Below, piece by piece: positions 22,414 through 32,588 of a stretch of DNA of 64,000 nt. The number at the start of each line of letters is the position of its first letter. The first letter of the stretch is position 1. This stretch comes from Phycisphaerales bacterium (GTDB lineage Bacteria > Planctomycetota > Phycisphaerae > Phycisphaerales > UBA1924), in assembly GCA_046156035.1 (NCBI GenBank), contig JBJXEW010000016.1:15185-79184 (forward strand), in the 5' to 3' direction. A program made the translations under genes and the position numbers. The notes beneath the pieces were generated by a model. The model saw only the letters and a program-made list of their open reading frames with translations, had not been told where the DNA came from and searched no databases.

Positions 22414-24903
22414 TCAGCACCCTTGGTAGTACGCCGTGATGTAGTCGCCCAGGTTGTCCGGGAAGGGCTCGCCGCACTGCCCGCTGCCGTCGGGCGTGAA
22501 GGCCGTCTGGTATCCCTCGTCGTACGGCGGCGCGTTGCCGGGGCAGGCAATCGCGTAGCCACCGGGCCCCGGGATGTGCGGAACCGTGTAGTAGTCGGTG
22601 ATGAAGTCGCCCAGGTCGTCAGGGTTCAGTGCGCCGTCGTTGTTGTACTCAACCGTGCAGGCGGGCGCACTCACGCTGAAGGCGACCGTGGCTCCCCCCA
22701 CTCCGCCCGCGATGCCGTCGCCGGAGGGGAGAGATGCAGGACTCGTGGGCACCAGCACCTCGCCGTCGAGCGCCTGCCCGCCGGTGGTGGCCGTCACCGC
22801 CGCGGCGATGTTGAGGGTGTACTCGCCGGGAACCAGCGCCGAGGCCGTGGTGAGACGCGCTCGCTGATCGACCGCGGAATACGTGAGAGTCACCGGCACA
22901 CTCCCCGACGGGCCGGTGAGCGTGTAGTGGCCCTGCGCGGTGTTGACGGGCGCGCTGAAATAGACGTCAACCTGTTGCGTCGCGTCCTCGAAGGCCAAGG
23001 CCGTCCCCGGGTCGGGCACCACCTGCACCACCTTGGGCGGGCCCACGGGCATCGGCTCGCTCACGTTGCTGCTGGCCAAAATCCAGACGTCCGGATCAAG
23101 CGCCATCGCCGTGACGGTGTCGGCAACGGGAACGCAGTAAAACTGAGACGCGGCCTGCGTGTTGTTGACGACGACCGTGGACGAGGTTCCACCCTGCGTC
23201 AGGCGCACGTCGATGGGCATCTCGAACTTGCCTCCCGATCCGTGCGCGGGGTTCTGCGTCTGCCGTACATGGAAGCGGGCGTACTTGCGACCGTTCACGG
23301 TGATGCTGTCGAACCCGCTGGCGTACGCCACCTCGCCGGTGCCGTAGACCCACTGGTTGAAGAACTGGGTGAGGCTGGTGCCCACCACACCCTCGGCGAC
23401 GGCACGGAAATCGTCGGTGGTGGCCGCCGACCCCGTGTGTGCAGCGCGGTGCGCAGCGATCACGTCGAAGAAGGCCTCGTCGCCCACCGCGTGCCGGAGC
23501 ATGTGGAGCACCCAGCCGCCCTTGTAGTAACTCGTGGAGGTCTGGAAGATCCGGTTGGCGTTGGTGGTGTCGAAGACGTAGACCGTGCCGGAGTTGGCTC
23601 CGGGCCGACGGGCGGCCATGGCCGACTTGAGCGCGGGCAGACCCGTGCTGCCGATCTTCTTCTCGTACCACAGCGCCTCGGAGTAATCCGCAAAGCCCTC
23701 GTTGAGCCAGATGTCGTTCCAGAACTTGCACGTCACGTCATCGCCCCACCACTGGTGCGCGAGTTCGTGCACGGTGACGTATTCAATGAAGACGCCCTGG
23801 CCGGTCATCGTTTGATGTTCCATCCCGCCGCCGAACTGGAACTGGTACATGCCGTACTTCTCGTTGACGAACGGATAGATGCCGAAGAGGTCGCTGTACA
23901 GGTCCAGCGCGGGCAGGCAGATCTCCCAGTTGGCGCGATTGGCCGGGGTATCGCTGGCGGGCCACAGGTAGAAGTCCACCGGCATCGTGGCCCCGCCGCC
24001 CCCGGGGATCGTCCACGGCACGCTGTACGCGTTGTACGGCGTGGTGGCGAAGGCCACCAGGTACGTCGCGATCGGGTAGTTCGTCTTGAAGTGATACCGG
24101 CTGCGACCGCCACTCAGCGCAGCCACGCCCTGGAGCAGGCCGTTGCTCGCCGTCACCAGCGTGCTCGGCGCCGTCACCTTCATCTCCATCGTGAACTTGT
24201 CCGACATATCGCCGGGCTGACCAAAATCACCGTCCTTCGCCGGCCACCACGTGTACGCGAAGTAGGGCTCGCTGAGCGTGGCCACCAGCGGAAGGCCGTT
24301 CTGGCTGGTGAACTCGATAGACCCGAAGCCGCGGCTGATGGCCTCGCCCGTGTACCCGATCGTGAGCGTGAACACCTCGTCCGCGGCGTAGGCGCGGTCA
24401 AGGGTCACCACCCGCGTGGTGGTGCTGGGCGCACTGATGTTCGCCAGCGGCCAACTCGCCCCGTTGAGCGTGAGCCCGGTCACGACGAACTGCGACCGCA
24501 AGCGGACCGTGAACTGGTTCGTGCCCGGCGTCACCACACGCACCGTATAGGCACAGGTGCCGGTGAGGTGGTTGTTGATGGTCGGATCGAACGCCAAGTC
24601 CAGAACCACGCTCTGCAGGTCGGTGGCCTGAAAGGCCTCCTGCCTGCTGACCCCTGCAAACGGATCGTCTTCACCCACTTCGCCGCCCTGCGACATCCGC
24701 AGCCGCATCGCGGCCTGCTTGCCGCACCCGGCGATGTCGCACTCGTGCCGCTGGAAGCCCAGCGCGTTCTGCGAGGCGATCAGGCAGTCGTCGTGAACGG
24801 CCACATCGCCCGGCCCAGCGCCCATCCCGCCCACGGCAAGGGCGGACCCGCACAAAGCAAGAACCATCGCGCGGCGGGTCCGGTCGTTCATTTGATTGGC
24901 CAT
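22414..24903 (-). CDS. M1-family zinc aminopeptidase with Ig-like and C-terminal dockerin-like (ends Gly-Cys) domains
   Basis: 829 aa. GGMEHQT (GxMEN variant), HELAHQWWGD...WLNEGFADY (HExxH-x18-E). The C-terminal duplicated motifs are NPDDLGDFITDYY and FPDNLGDYITAYYQGC. Confidence 0.9.
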   Translation of the reverse strand: MANQMNDRTRRAMVLALCGSALAVGGMGAGPGDVAVHDDCLIASQNALGFQRHECDIAGCGKQAAMRLRMSQGGEVGEDDPFAGVSRQEAFQATDLQSVVLDLAFDPTINNHLTGTCAYTVRVVTPGTNQFTVRLRSQFVVTGLTLNGASWPLANISAPSTTTRVVTLDRAYAADEVFTLTIGYTGEAISRGFGSIEFTSQNGLPLVATLSEPYFAYTWWPAKDGDFGQPGDMSDKFTMEMKVTAPSTLVTASNGLLQGVAALSGGRSRYHFKTNYPIATYLVAFATTPYNAYSVPWTIPGGGGATMPVDFYLWPASDTPANRANWEICLPALDLYSDLFGIYPFVNEKYGMYQFQFGGGMEHQTMTGQGVFIEYVTVHELAHQWWGDDVTCKFWNDIWLNEGFADYSEALWYEKKIGSTGLPALKSAMAARRPGANSGTVYVFDTTNANRIFQTSTSYYKGGWVLHMLRHAVGDEAFFDVIAAHRAAHTGSAATTDDFRAVAEGVVGTSLTQFFNQWVYGTGEVAYASGFDSITVNGRKYARFHVRQTQNPAHGSGGKFEMPIDVRLTQGGTSSTVVVNNTQAASQFYCVPVADTVTAMALDPDVWILASSNVSEPMPVGPPKVVQVVPDPGTALAFEDATQQVDVYFSAPVNTAQGHYTLTGPSGSVPVTLTYSAVDQRARLTTASALVPGEYTLNIAAAVTATTGGQALDGEVLVPTSPASLPSGDGIAGGVGGATVAFSVSAPACTVEYNNDGALNPDDLGDFITDYYTVPHIPGPGGYAIACPGNAPPYDEGYQTAFTPDGSGQCGEPFPDNLGDYITAYYQGC

Positions 24904-25067
24904 AGTGCAAACCTACCACAAGGTGGGCCGAATGCCTGAACATACGTCGTCAATGTTGCCCAGAGTCTCATTTTCCGCCAAGATTCGGCGGAAATCCCCG
25001 GTTTCGGCGGTCCCCACGCGCGCCCCATCTTCCCGCGTCCCCGCAGGGGTGCCCAACAGCCGGCCCC

Positions 25068-26897
25068 TCACCGGAAGATGAGCACCCGCGGCGAAACCAG
25101 CAGCACCGGCTCCTTGTGCATTTGCAGGAGTGACCGCGCCGAACTCAGGATCGTTGCCGACGGGCCCGGTCCGACCGCTTCGCCCAGCATGGCGGCAAAG
25201 GGCCCGGCTGCGCCCGCACCGTCCCGGGTCAAAGCCGGTGCCGCGGCGCTCATGCCAAAGCCCCCGAGCATGTCTTCCAGCATCTCCTCGAACCCCTTTG
25301 GGGCCGGGTAATCGAACACGTCGAATGACCCCTCAGCAAGGTTGAGCCCCGCGGCCATGTCGGAGAGGGCCGTGTCCAGGCCGCCGAGGTTATCGGCCAT
25401 CTTGAGCGCGATGGCCTTCTCACCGACGAAGAGCCGCCCCTCCGCCGTCTGCTTCAGGTCAATCCCCTTGCGCCCGGCGGTGACTCGCCCCGCAAACAGG
25501 TCGTAGACCTGCACCATCTTCTCCCGCACGAGCGCCTTCTCGGCCGCGCTCCAGCCCGTGGCCGAGGCGGCCATGGCCGCACGCGGGCCGCGCCCGCGAC
25601 CGACGGTGTTGACGTTGAACTTCTCGTACAGGCCCCCCAGCGACATCTTGCCGCCCACGACGCCGATCGAGCCCACGATGCTCGAAGGTGTGACGTACAC
25701 CTTGTCGCCGGCCACCGCGATGTAGTAACCGCCGCTGGCGGCCATGGAGCCGACGCTGACCCACACGGGCTTGCCCGCCGCGGCCACGCGGCGCACGCCC
25801 TTCCAGATCACCTCGCTGGCCACGGCGGAACCACCGGGCGAGTCGATGCGGATCACCAGCCCCTTGATGAGGGCGTTCTCTTCGATCTCGCTGAGGGCGC
25901 GGCGGATGGTGAGGCTGCCCACCGAAGCGCCCCCGCCCAGGAACCCGCCGCTCTCGGAATCGCCATCGACGATCGGGCCGTCGATGTGCACCACCGCGAT
26001 GGTGGAACGCTTGGGCTTGCGCTCCTCCTTGTTCATGAGCATGGAGAAGAGTGCAAACGGGTTGGAGGTGTCGATCGACGGACCGGCGCCCGCGTCCATC
26101 AGGTCGTCGCGCCACTCAACCTTCTTTCCGTAGAGCGTGCCAAGATGCGCGTCCAGGTCGGGCAGGTCGAGGACGGTGTCGATGAGGCCGGCCTTGCGTG
26201 CGTCCTCGGCCAGAGCCTCCCACGCCACCTCCATCGCGCTGTCGAGTCTGGCGTCGTCCATCTTCCGGCCCGCCTTCAGGCGCGCGCGGATCACGCCGTA
26301 CATGCCGTCGAGCAGTTGGTCGATGTTCTGATTCCACTCAGGACTCGGCCGGGCGTTCATCATCGTCTCGGCGGCGCCCTTGTAATCGCCGACCTGCACG
26401 AAGTCGGCCTTCACGCCGGCCCACGCCAGCGTGTCGGCGAGGTACATCTCCTCCATGTAGATGCCCGGCAGAGAGACCGCGCTGCCCGCCTGAGCGATGA
26501 CGTCGTCGGTGTACGAACCCAGCATGAGTTCGGGGGTCCGGTAGAAGTAGGAATACAGGTGCACCTTCTTGCCCGCGGCACGCACGCGCTGGATCGCGGC
26601 GCCCAGTTCCTCCACCTGCGAGGTCTTGAGTTCGGCATCCTTCAGTTTGATGAGCACCCCCGCCAGGTCGGCATCGCCCGCGGCCTGATCCAGCGCAGTC
26701 GTGTATTCGCGCAGCGTGTTGCCGCCCTTGCCCATGCCGCCCAGGCCTGCCGCCGCACGCCGCGCGGGCACGCTCCCCTCGATCTCGATCACGCCGATGA
26801 CGGCCCTGTCCGGAGCCGCGAAGGCCGGCTGGCCGGACGCGACAAGGGCAACCACGAACGCGGCCAGGCGACAGACGGTGTTGCGGATGAGGCTCAT
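25068..26897 (-). CDS. sppA: signal peptide peptidase SppA, 67K type (two S49 domains)
   Basis: ATG 26897 gives MSLIRNTVCRLAAFVVALVASGQPAFA. The duplicated ClpP/crotonase-like S49 modules include VWVSVGSMAASGGYYIAVAGDKVYVTPSSIVGSIGV. Confidence 0.85.
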   Translation of the reverse strand: MSLIRNTVCRLAAFVVALVASGQPAFAAPDRAVIGVIEIEGSVPARRAAAGLGGMGKGGNTLREYTTALDQAAGDADLAGVLIKLKDAELKTSQVEELGAAIQRVRAAGKKVHLYSYFYRTPELMLGSYTDDVIAQAGSAVSLPGIYMEEMYLADTLAWAGVKADFVQVGDYKGAAETMMNARPSPEWNQNIDQLLDGMYGVIRARLKAGRKMDDARLDSAMEVAWEALAEDARKAGLIDTVLDLPDLDAHLGTLYGKKVEWRDDLMDAGAGPSIDTSNPFALFSMLMNKEERKPKRSTIAVVHIDGPIVDGDSESGGFLGGGASVGSLTIRRALSEIEENALIKGLVIRIDSPGGSAVASEVIWKGVRRVAAAGKPVWVSVGSMAASGGYYIAVAGDKVYVTPSSIVGSIGVVGGKMSLGGLYEKFNVNTVGRGRGPRAAMAASATGWSAAEKALVREKMVQVYDLFAGRVTAGRKGIDLKQTAEGRLFVGEKAIALKMADNLGGLDTALSDMAAGLNLAEGSFDVFDYPAPKGFEEMLEDMLGGFGMSAAAPALTRDGAGAAGPFAAMLGEAVGPGPSATILSSARSLLQMHKEPVLLVSPRVLIFR

Positions 26898-27003
26898 GTG
26901 CGAAACTCCGGGCGGCCCAAGGGCGGTGGCCATGGGCAGGCGCAAAGGTATACCGCCGTGGACCCGCGCGGTCGCGGGGGGCACGCGAGCGACAGCCGCG
27001 TGC

Positions 27004-27765
27004 TCAGAGTTTGGCGAGTTCGGCGTCGGGGATATCAAAGTTGGCGAAGGCCTTCTGCACGTCGTCGTTGTCGTCGATGGCGTCCATGAGTTCCAGCACG
27101 CGCTTGGCCGCGGCCCCGCTCACCTGCACGACGCTCGTGGGGATGAGTTCGATGCGTGCCTCTTTCACGACGAACGCGCCCCCCTCCAGGGCCGTGCGCA
27201 CCGCGTGCAGGTCACCGGGCTGGGTGAGCACGATCCAGCGGCCCGGCTGCTCGGCGTCGGGCACAACATCGTCTGCGCCGGCCGCCGCGGCGGCCTCAAA
27301 GAGCGCATCGCCCGCGGGGTGAGGCGGGGCTGGTGCCTCAACAACGACGCGCCCCTTGGTGTCGAACTGGTGGGCCACGCAGCCGCTGGTGCCGAGTTTG
27401 CCGTCGTGGTCGCCGAAGATGAGGCGCAGGTCGGCCGCGGTGCGCGTGCGGTTGTTCGTGAGGGCATCGCAGATGATCGCCACGCCACCCGGGCCGTAAC
27501 CCTCGTAGCGCACGTTCTCCCACGTCTCATCGCCGATCTCACCCGAGCCCTTCTTGATGGCCCGTTCGATCGTGTCTCGCGGCACGTTCTCGTAGCGTGC
27601 CTCATCGATGGCGTAGCGCAGGGTGAGATTCGTCGATGCGTCCGCGCCGCCGTTGCGGGCGGCCACCATGATGGCCTTCACGCACTTGGACCACGCCTTG
27701 CCGCGTTTGGCGTCGGAGATGGCCTTTTTGTGCTTGATGTTGTGCCAGCGACTGTGTCCGGCCAC
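27004..27765 (-). CDS. YebC/PmpR family DNA-binding transcriptional regulator
   Basis: GTG start 27765 (GGAGCACC upstream) gives (M)AGHSRWHNIKHKKAISDAKRGKAWSKCVKAI..., the invariant family N-terminus. The longer ORF to 28017 overlaps the upstream gene. Confidence 0.9.
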   Translation of the reverse strand: MAGHSRWHNIKHKKAISDAKRGKAWSKCVKAIMVAARNGGADASTNLTLRYAIDEARYENVPRDTIERAIKKGSGEIGDETWENVRYEGYGPGGVAIICDALTNNRTRTAADLRLIFGDHDGKLGTSGCVAHQFDTKGRVVVEAPAPPHPAGDALFEAAAAAGADDVVPDAEQPGRWIVLTQPGDLHAVRTALEGGAFVVKEARIELIPTSVVQVSGAAAKRVLELMDAIDDNDDVQKAFANFDIPDAELAKL

Positions 27766-27782
27766 GGCGGGGTGCTCCGTTC

Positions 27783-28613
27783 TCAGTTGCGGGCGTGCCG
27801 CGGGCGAAGCCGGGGCGTGCGTTTGACGGGCGTGGCCTTGCCACGGCGGGCCTTGGGAAGCCGTTTTGCCGGCGCGGGCACGCGGGGCGCTCGGGCAGCC
27901 CGTGGCGTTGGCGGCTTGCGAGCCTTGACCACGGGCGTGCCACTCTGGTCGGCCCAGGCCTGGATCAAGCGGTAGGCCTCCGGCAGTTCGCTGGCCCGCA
28001 GGGTCCGTTCCAGCCACGCGGCGGACTCCTCGAGCGAAGCCCCCTCCTCCAGCACGCCCGCGTGAACCAGCAGCACACGCAGCCGGTCGTCGAGCGGGAA
28101 GGCGTGGCCGCCAAGCGCAAGGAGCATGACGCGGGCGCTGACATACGGCGGCACAACCTGATAGTCGGCCGCCTGCCCGGCCCCGTTCACCGGTGGCTGC
28201 CGACCGAGTGATTCAAGGAAACTCCGCGCTTCGCGCTTGCCGCGTGCGGAAAGATGCGCCAGACGCAGACAATGCTCGTGGCGGTACAGCCCGTGGAGGG
28301 CGTGCTTGATGCGGACCGCGCGGTCGGCGGCACGCGGGAACGACGCGCCCAAAACCGCCACCATCTCCTCGGGAAGGAAAACACGGAACTCGTTGAGGTC
28401 CACCGCGGCATCATCCACGCGCCGCAGCGCGGCCTCCGCCTTGGAGCCGGGGCACTCCCACGCGAGAAACGACCGTAGAAACTCACGCAGGACCGGGTCC
28501 TGATCGGCCGGTCCCTGCGTGAGCGTGGTCACAGGTTCCGGAGGCCTGGCTCGCAGCCGTGCGAGGAGCGCGCCGAGTTTCTTGGTCCGTTCCTGCGACA
28601 TCCTCTTCTCCAT
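27783..28613 (-). CDS. hypothetical protein, possibly HhH-GPD (endonuclease III)-related, with basic C-terminal tail
   Basis: 276 aa. ...VSARVMLLALGGHAFPLDDRLRVLLVHAGVL resembles the HhH-GPD helix pattern. The tail is KARKPPTPRAARAPRVPAPAKRLPKARRGKATPVKRTPRLRPRHARN. Confidence 0.55.
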   Translation of the reverse strand: MEKRMSQERTKKLGALLARLRARPPEPVTTLTQGPADQDPVLREFLRSFLAWECPGSKAEAALRRVDDAAVDLNEFRVFLPEEMVAVLGASFPRAADRAVRIKHALHGLYRHEHCLRLAHLSARGKREARSFLESLGRQPPVNGAGQAADYQVVPPYVSARVMLLALGGHAFPLDDRLRVLLVHAGVLEEGASLEESAAWLERTLRASELPEAYRLIQAWADQSGTPVVKARKPPTPRAARAPRVPAPAKRLPKARRGKATPVKRTPRLRPRHARN

Positions 28614-28646
28614 GCGGTCGCCGAGAATGGCCCTCGGTGCGTTCGG

Positions 28647-29108
28647 TCAGCCATTGTTCTCTGCCGGATCGGGCCCGTCGAGCCCCGCATCGGCCGATTC
28701 GCCCTCGCCCGGTTCCACGGCAGCAAGCCCCTTGGCCTCCCGCTCCGCGGCAACCTTGGAGAGGGCCTCGATAATGCCCGCCTGCCGCTTGAGGCTCCGG
28801 TCGATCCGGAAGGAGAGTGTGGGCAGGCGCGCCGTGTCGATGCGGTTGCCGACCTCACGACGGATGAACCCCGCGGAGTGCTTCAACCCGCCGAGCACCT
28901 TCGCCTCGCTCTTCTCGGGCATGACCGACACCAACACCGTCGCCGTGGCAAGGTCGCTGGCAACCTCCACGCCCGTCACCGTGATGATCCCCACGAGGCG
29001 AGGATCGTTGATGCCGCGGATGAGCAGTTCCTGAACCGCACGCTGCAGCGAAGAGGCCAGTTGACCCCGCTTGCGCTCGTGCGCGGCGTGTGGAGAGCGG
29101 CCGCTCAT
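28647..29108 (-). CDS. rbfA: 30S ribosome-binding factor RbfA
   Basis: RKRGQLASSLQRAVQELLIRGINDPRLVGIITVTGVEVASDLATATVLVSV... is a KH-like RbfA core. Conserved position after infB/DUF503. Confidence 0.9.
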   Translation of the reverse strand: MSGRSPHAAHERKRGQLASSLQRAVQELLIRGINDPRLVGIITVTGVEVASDLATATVLVSVMPEKSEAKVLGGLKHSAGFIRREVGNRIDTARLPTLSFRIDRSLKRQAGIIEALSKVAAEREAKGLAAVEPGEGESADAGLDGPDPAENNG

Positions 29109-29497
29109 GCGCGCTCCTCGAGCAGGGCCCGCTCGCCCGCTGAACGGAGTTCGTTCACCTCGGGGCCGGACAGGAGGGTGTCGAAGTCGATGCCGTCCTC
29201 ATCAACGTCCGGTGCGTCGATCACGCGACCGCTGACGGTGCCGAGTTGTGCATCGCCGGCGGAGCGAAGTTTCTCGACGATGATCGACAGCACACGCTGA
29301 AGGTGCGCCACGTCGCTGCCCACAGCGGCCACGGCGAGGAGCGCCGTGCGGTGGTCATCGAGCCTGCCCACCTCGGCCACGGCCACCATGTGCTCGCGAT
29401 GGAGACGGTCTTTGAGGCTCTTCACCACCCGGCGCTTGTCCTTGAGCGACTGGGCGTGGGCGATCAGGAGTTCGAACTGGAGGAGGGCGAGTTTCAT
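29105..29497 (-). CDS. DUF503 (YlxP-like) protein
   Basis: ATG 29497 gives MKLALLQFELLIAHAQSLKDKRRVVKSLKDRLHREHMVAVAEVG..., typical DUF503. Its stop overlaps the rbfA start. Confidence 0.85.
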   Translation of the reverse strand: MKLALLQFELLIAHAQSLKDKRRVVKSLKDRLHREHMVAVAEVGRLDDHRTALLAVAAVGSDVAHLQRVLSIIVEKLRSAGDAQLGTVSGRVIDAPDVDEDGIDFDTLLSGPEVNELRSAGERALLEERA

Positions 29498-29503
29498 GGG
29501 CAA

Positions 29504-29597
29504 GGCACTGGGCACTGGGCATCGGGAACTGGTGATCGGAATCCACGCGCGCCTTCGGCAACGCGACACCAGTGCCCAGTGCCTGATGCCCAGTGCC
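29504..29597. repeat. Family A element: inverted pair of 29-nt heptamer arms between infB stop and DUF503 start
   Basis: 29504-29532 is GGCACTGGGCACTGGGCATCGGGAACTGG and 29569-29597 is CCAGTGCCCAGTGCCTGATGCCCAGTGCC, with a 36-nt spacer. Confidence 0.85.
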
Positions 29598-29602
29598 TTC
29601 TC

Positions 29603-32473
29603 CTAGAGCGTCCGCTTCACTTCAACCTTCTTGTAGCACTCCAGCACGTCGCCCTCCTTGATGTCGTCGTAGCCGACGATCTTCATGCCGCACTCCATGC
29701 CGGCGCGGGCGTCGCGGGCGTCGTCCTTGAAGCGTTTGAGTTGTTCGAGCACGCGGTCGTTCTCGACAACCACGCCGCCCCGCGTCACGCGGATGAGGGC
29801 ATCGCGCAGCACCATGCCGTCGGTGACGTAGCAACCGGCGACCGTGCCGACGCGCGTGACCTTGAAGACCTTGCGAACATCGGCGTGCCCGAGGATCTCC
29901 TGCCGGATCTCCGGCTCGAGCAGGCCGCTGGCCGCCTTCTTCACGTCCTCCACGATGTCGTAGATGACCTGGTAGGTCCGGACCTCGACACCCTTGATCT
30001 CGGCCATGGACCGGGCCTTGCCGGTGGGGATGACGTTGAAGCCGACGATGACGGCCTTGCTCGCGTCGGCGAGAAGGATGTCGCTCTCGACGATCCCGCC
30101 CACGGCGGCGTGCAGCACACGGACCTTGACTTCCGCGGTTGAGAGTTTCTCGATCTGCGACTTGATCACATCCACCGAACCCTGCACATCGGCCTTGAGC
30201 ACGATGAGGATCTCCTTCACGCTCGCGTCCTTCATCTGGCTGAAGAGCGAGTCGAGCGTGACCTTGGGCTGGTGCAGGTTCGCGAGCCGGTCGCGGTCGC
30301 GGCGCTGCTGGGCCGCCTCTTCGGCGTTGCGCGAAGACTCGGCCACAAAGAACGGGTCGCCCGCGGCCGGCACCTCGTCGATGCCCGAGACCTGCACCGG
30401 CATGGCGGGCCCGGCCTGCTTGATGCGGATGCCGCGGTCGTTGGTGATGTCGCGCACACGCCCGAAGGCCCGTCCGGCAACGATGAAGTCGCCGATCTTG
30501 AGTTCGCCCTCGAGGATCATGACGGTGGCCACCGGGCCGCGCCCCTCGTCGAGTTGGGCCTCCACCACGCGCCCGCGCGCAAGCCCCGCAAAGTCGGCCT
30601 TGAGTTCCAGAACCTGGCTGGTGAGGTCGATGGTCTCCAGCAGTTCCTGGATGCCCGTGCCCTTGAGCGCACTGGTCTTGACGACCTCCGTCTGCCCGCC
30701 CCACGCGATGGGGTTGAGGCCGTTCTCGGCGAGTTGGCCGAAGATCTTCTGAATCTGGCCCTCCGTCGCCTGCGGGGAGTCGATCTTGTTGAGCGCCACC
30801 ACGATGGGCACCTTGGCGGCCTTGGCGTGGTTGATGCTCTCCACCGTCTGCGGCATCACGCCCTCGGGCGCGCCCACCACCAGCACGATGATGTCGGTGA
30901 GGTTGGCGCCGCGCGAACGCATCTCCGTAAAGGCCTCGTGGCCCGGCGTATCGAGGAAGACAATGTGCTTCTTCTCCCCGCCCACCTCCACCTCGGTCCG
31001 GAACGCCGACGTCTTCTGCGTGATGCCGCCGGCCTCGCCCTCGGCCACCTTGGCGTTGCGGATCTTGTCGAGCAAACTGGTCTTGCCGTGGTCGACGTGG
31101 CCCATGATCGTGACGATGGGCGGCCGCGGCTGCTCATCGATGCGCTTGCGATCCGTGAAGACGCCCGCCACGGTCTCTTCCGCGGTCTTGGCCGTCTTCA
31201 CATCCAGTTCGATGTCAAAGTCGATCATGATCTCCTGCGCACGCTCGGCATCGATCCCCGAGTTCGCAGTCGCCATGATGCCCTGCATGAAGAGTTTCTT
31301 CATGATGTCCGAACTCTTGATGCCCGTGGCCGCCGCCAGTTCCTTGATCGTGAACGGCGCGGTGATCTCCACCTTGCCGCCCAGTTCCGCGGCGGTGTGG
31401 GCCCGTTCGCCCGAGGCCGTCTCGCGGGCCCGCATCTCGCGCCGGCGCTGCTTGAGATACCCGCCCGCTCGGGCCAGTCGAGCCTCACGCTCGGCCAGAT
31501 CGGCCTCGGAGAACCCGGTGCCAACGGGCACCTCTTCCGCACCGCCCGCCGGGCGACGCTTGGCCGCGGTGGAGAGGCCGCTATCGCCCGCGCTGCGACG
31601 CTTGTTGCGGCGCGCGCCCTTGTCATCATCACCCGCCGTGGTCGTGCCGGTGGTCACGCCCCGACCGCCGCGCATCGGGCCGCCCGTGCCGGTGCTGGGG
31701 CGGCGTGGCGAACGCACGTCGATCTGCTCGGGCGCCTCGACACGGACCACCTTGGGGCCGCTGAGTTTCACGGCAGACTTGATCTCGAGTTTCTTGCCCG
31801 CGGGCACCACGTTCGTGGGCCGCTGGGGAACGTTCATCGGGGCGGGCGTCACAAACGCACGTGGACCTCCCGGTGGCACCGCTGGCGCACTGACCGGACG
31901 GCCCTCCGCCGCGCCGGGAACCGGCGGCATGGTTTGCGTTGGCCCGGACAGACCACTGGGCACGGGTTCGCCCGACGGAGAATGTGGGCGCGCGGGCGCG
32001 GCCGGCTTCGCAGCGGGTGCCGGGACGGCGGTGGGCGCGACGGGCGCGAGCGTGACCGGCCGCGGACGAAGCGGCGCGGCGGCCGGGCGGTCATCCAACG
32101 GCTGCGGACGCGACGGCGCGGGGCGGTGCGCAGGGGCCGAAGGGTGCTCCGCAGGCGGTGCCGCGGTGGCCGTGCCACCATGGTCAGAGTCGTCTGACCC
32201 GCCCGCATCGTCGCCACCCAAGCGTCTGCGCGCGGTCGCGGGCTTCGCCTTGATCTTTTGCACGTCCACGTGCTGGGAGGTCTCGATGGCGGTCGTGGCG
32301 CCATCCGTGCTGAACCACTCGCGGATGCTGGCCTCGAGGCCGGCGGACACGACCGACGCGTGGCTCTTCACCATGTCGTCGGAGATCCCCTCCGCCTTGC
32401 ACTTGGCGATGATGTCCTTGGAAGGAATGCCAAGGTCTTTGGCGATTTCACTGATTCTCTTGCCCTTGGCCAA
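29603..32473 (-). CDS. infB: translation initiation factor IF-2
   Basis: TTG start 32473 (GGAGCAAGCC upstream) gives (M)[29 protein letters not shown], the canonical IF2 N-domain. The G domain has [20 protein letters not shown] and NKID. The 1094-aa ORF upstream part lacks family features. Confidence 0.92.
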   Translation of the reverse strand: MAKGKRISEIAKDLGIPSKDIIAKCKAEGISDDMVKSHASVVSAGLEASIREWFSTDGATTAIETSQHVDVQKIKAKPATARRRLGGDDAGGSDDSDHGGTATAAPPAEHPSAPAHRPAPSRPQPLDDRPAAAPLRPRPVTLAPVAPTAVPAPAAKPAAPARPHSPSGEPVPSGLSGPTQTMPPVPGAAEGRPVSAPAVPPGGPRAFVTPAPMNVPQRPTNVVPAGKKLEIKSAVKLSGPKVVRVEAPEQIDVRSPRRPSTGTGGPMRGGRGVTTGTTTAGDDDKGARRNKRRSAGDSGLSTAAKRRPAGGAEEVPVGTGFSEADLAEREARLARAGGYLKQRRREMRARETASGERAHTAAELGGKVEITAPFTIKELAAATGIKSSDIMKKLFMQGIMATANSGIDAERAQEIMIDFDIELDVKTAKTAEETVAGVFTDRKRIDEQPRPPIVTIMGHVDHGKTSLLDKIRNAKVAEGEAGGITQKTSAFRTEVEVGGEKKHIVFLDTPGHEAFTEMRSRGANLTDIIVLVVGAPEGVMPQTVESINHAKAAKVPIVVALNKIDSPQATEGQIQKIFGQLAENGLNPIAWGGQTEVVKTSALKGTGIQELLETIDLTSQVLELKADFAGLARGRVVEAQLDEGRGPVATVMILEGELKIGDFIVAGRAFGRVRDITNDRGIRIKQAGPAMPVQVSGIDEVPAAGDPFFVAESSRNAEEAAQQRRDRDRLANLHQPKVTLDSLFSQMKDASVKEILIVLKADVQGSVDVIKSQIEKLSTAEVKVRVLHAAVGGIVESDILLADASKAVIVGFNVIPTGKARSMAEIKGVEVRTYQVIYDIVEDVKKAASGLLEPEIRQEILGHADVRKVFKVTRVGTVAGCYVTDGMVLRDALIRVTRGGVVVENDRVLEQLKRFKDDARDARAGMECGMKIVGYDDIKEGDVLECYKKVEVKRTL

Positions 32474-32588
32474 GGCTTGCTCCGTTCTCGATCCTGCGAC
32501 TGATCCACACACCGGTCCGACGCTCCGACCAACCCGCGGCCACATCCCGGGCTCGGCCGGGGCGGGCGGAAACACCACGATGCCCGGC

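Noticed and set aside
22405-24939. 844-aa plus-strand ORF
   Set aside because: It is antisense to the M1 aminopeptidase, which has an unambiguous HExxH-x18-E. The translation is Arg/Gly/His-rich noise.
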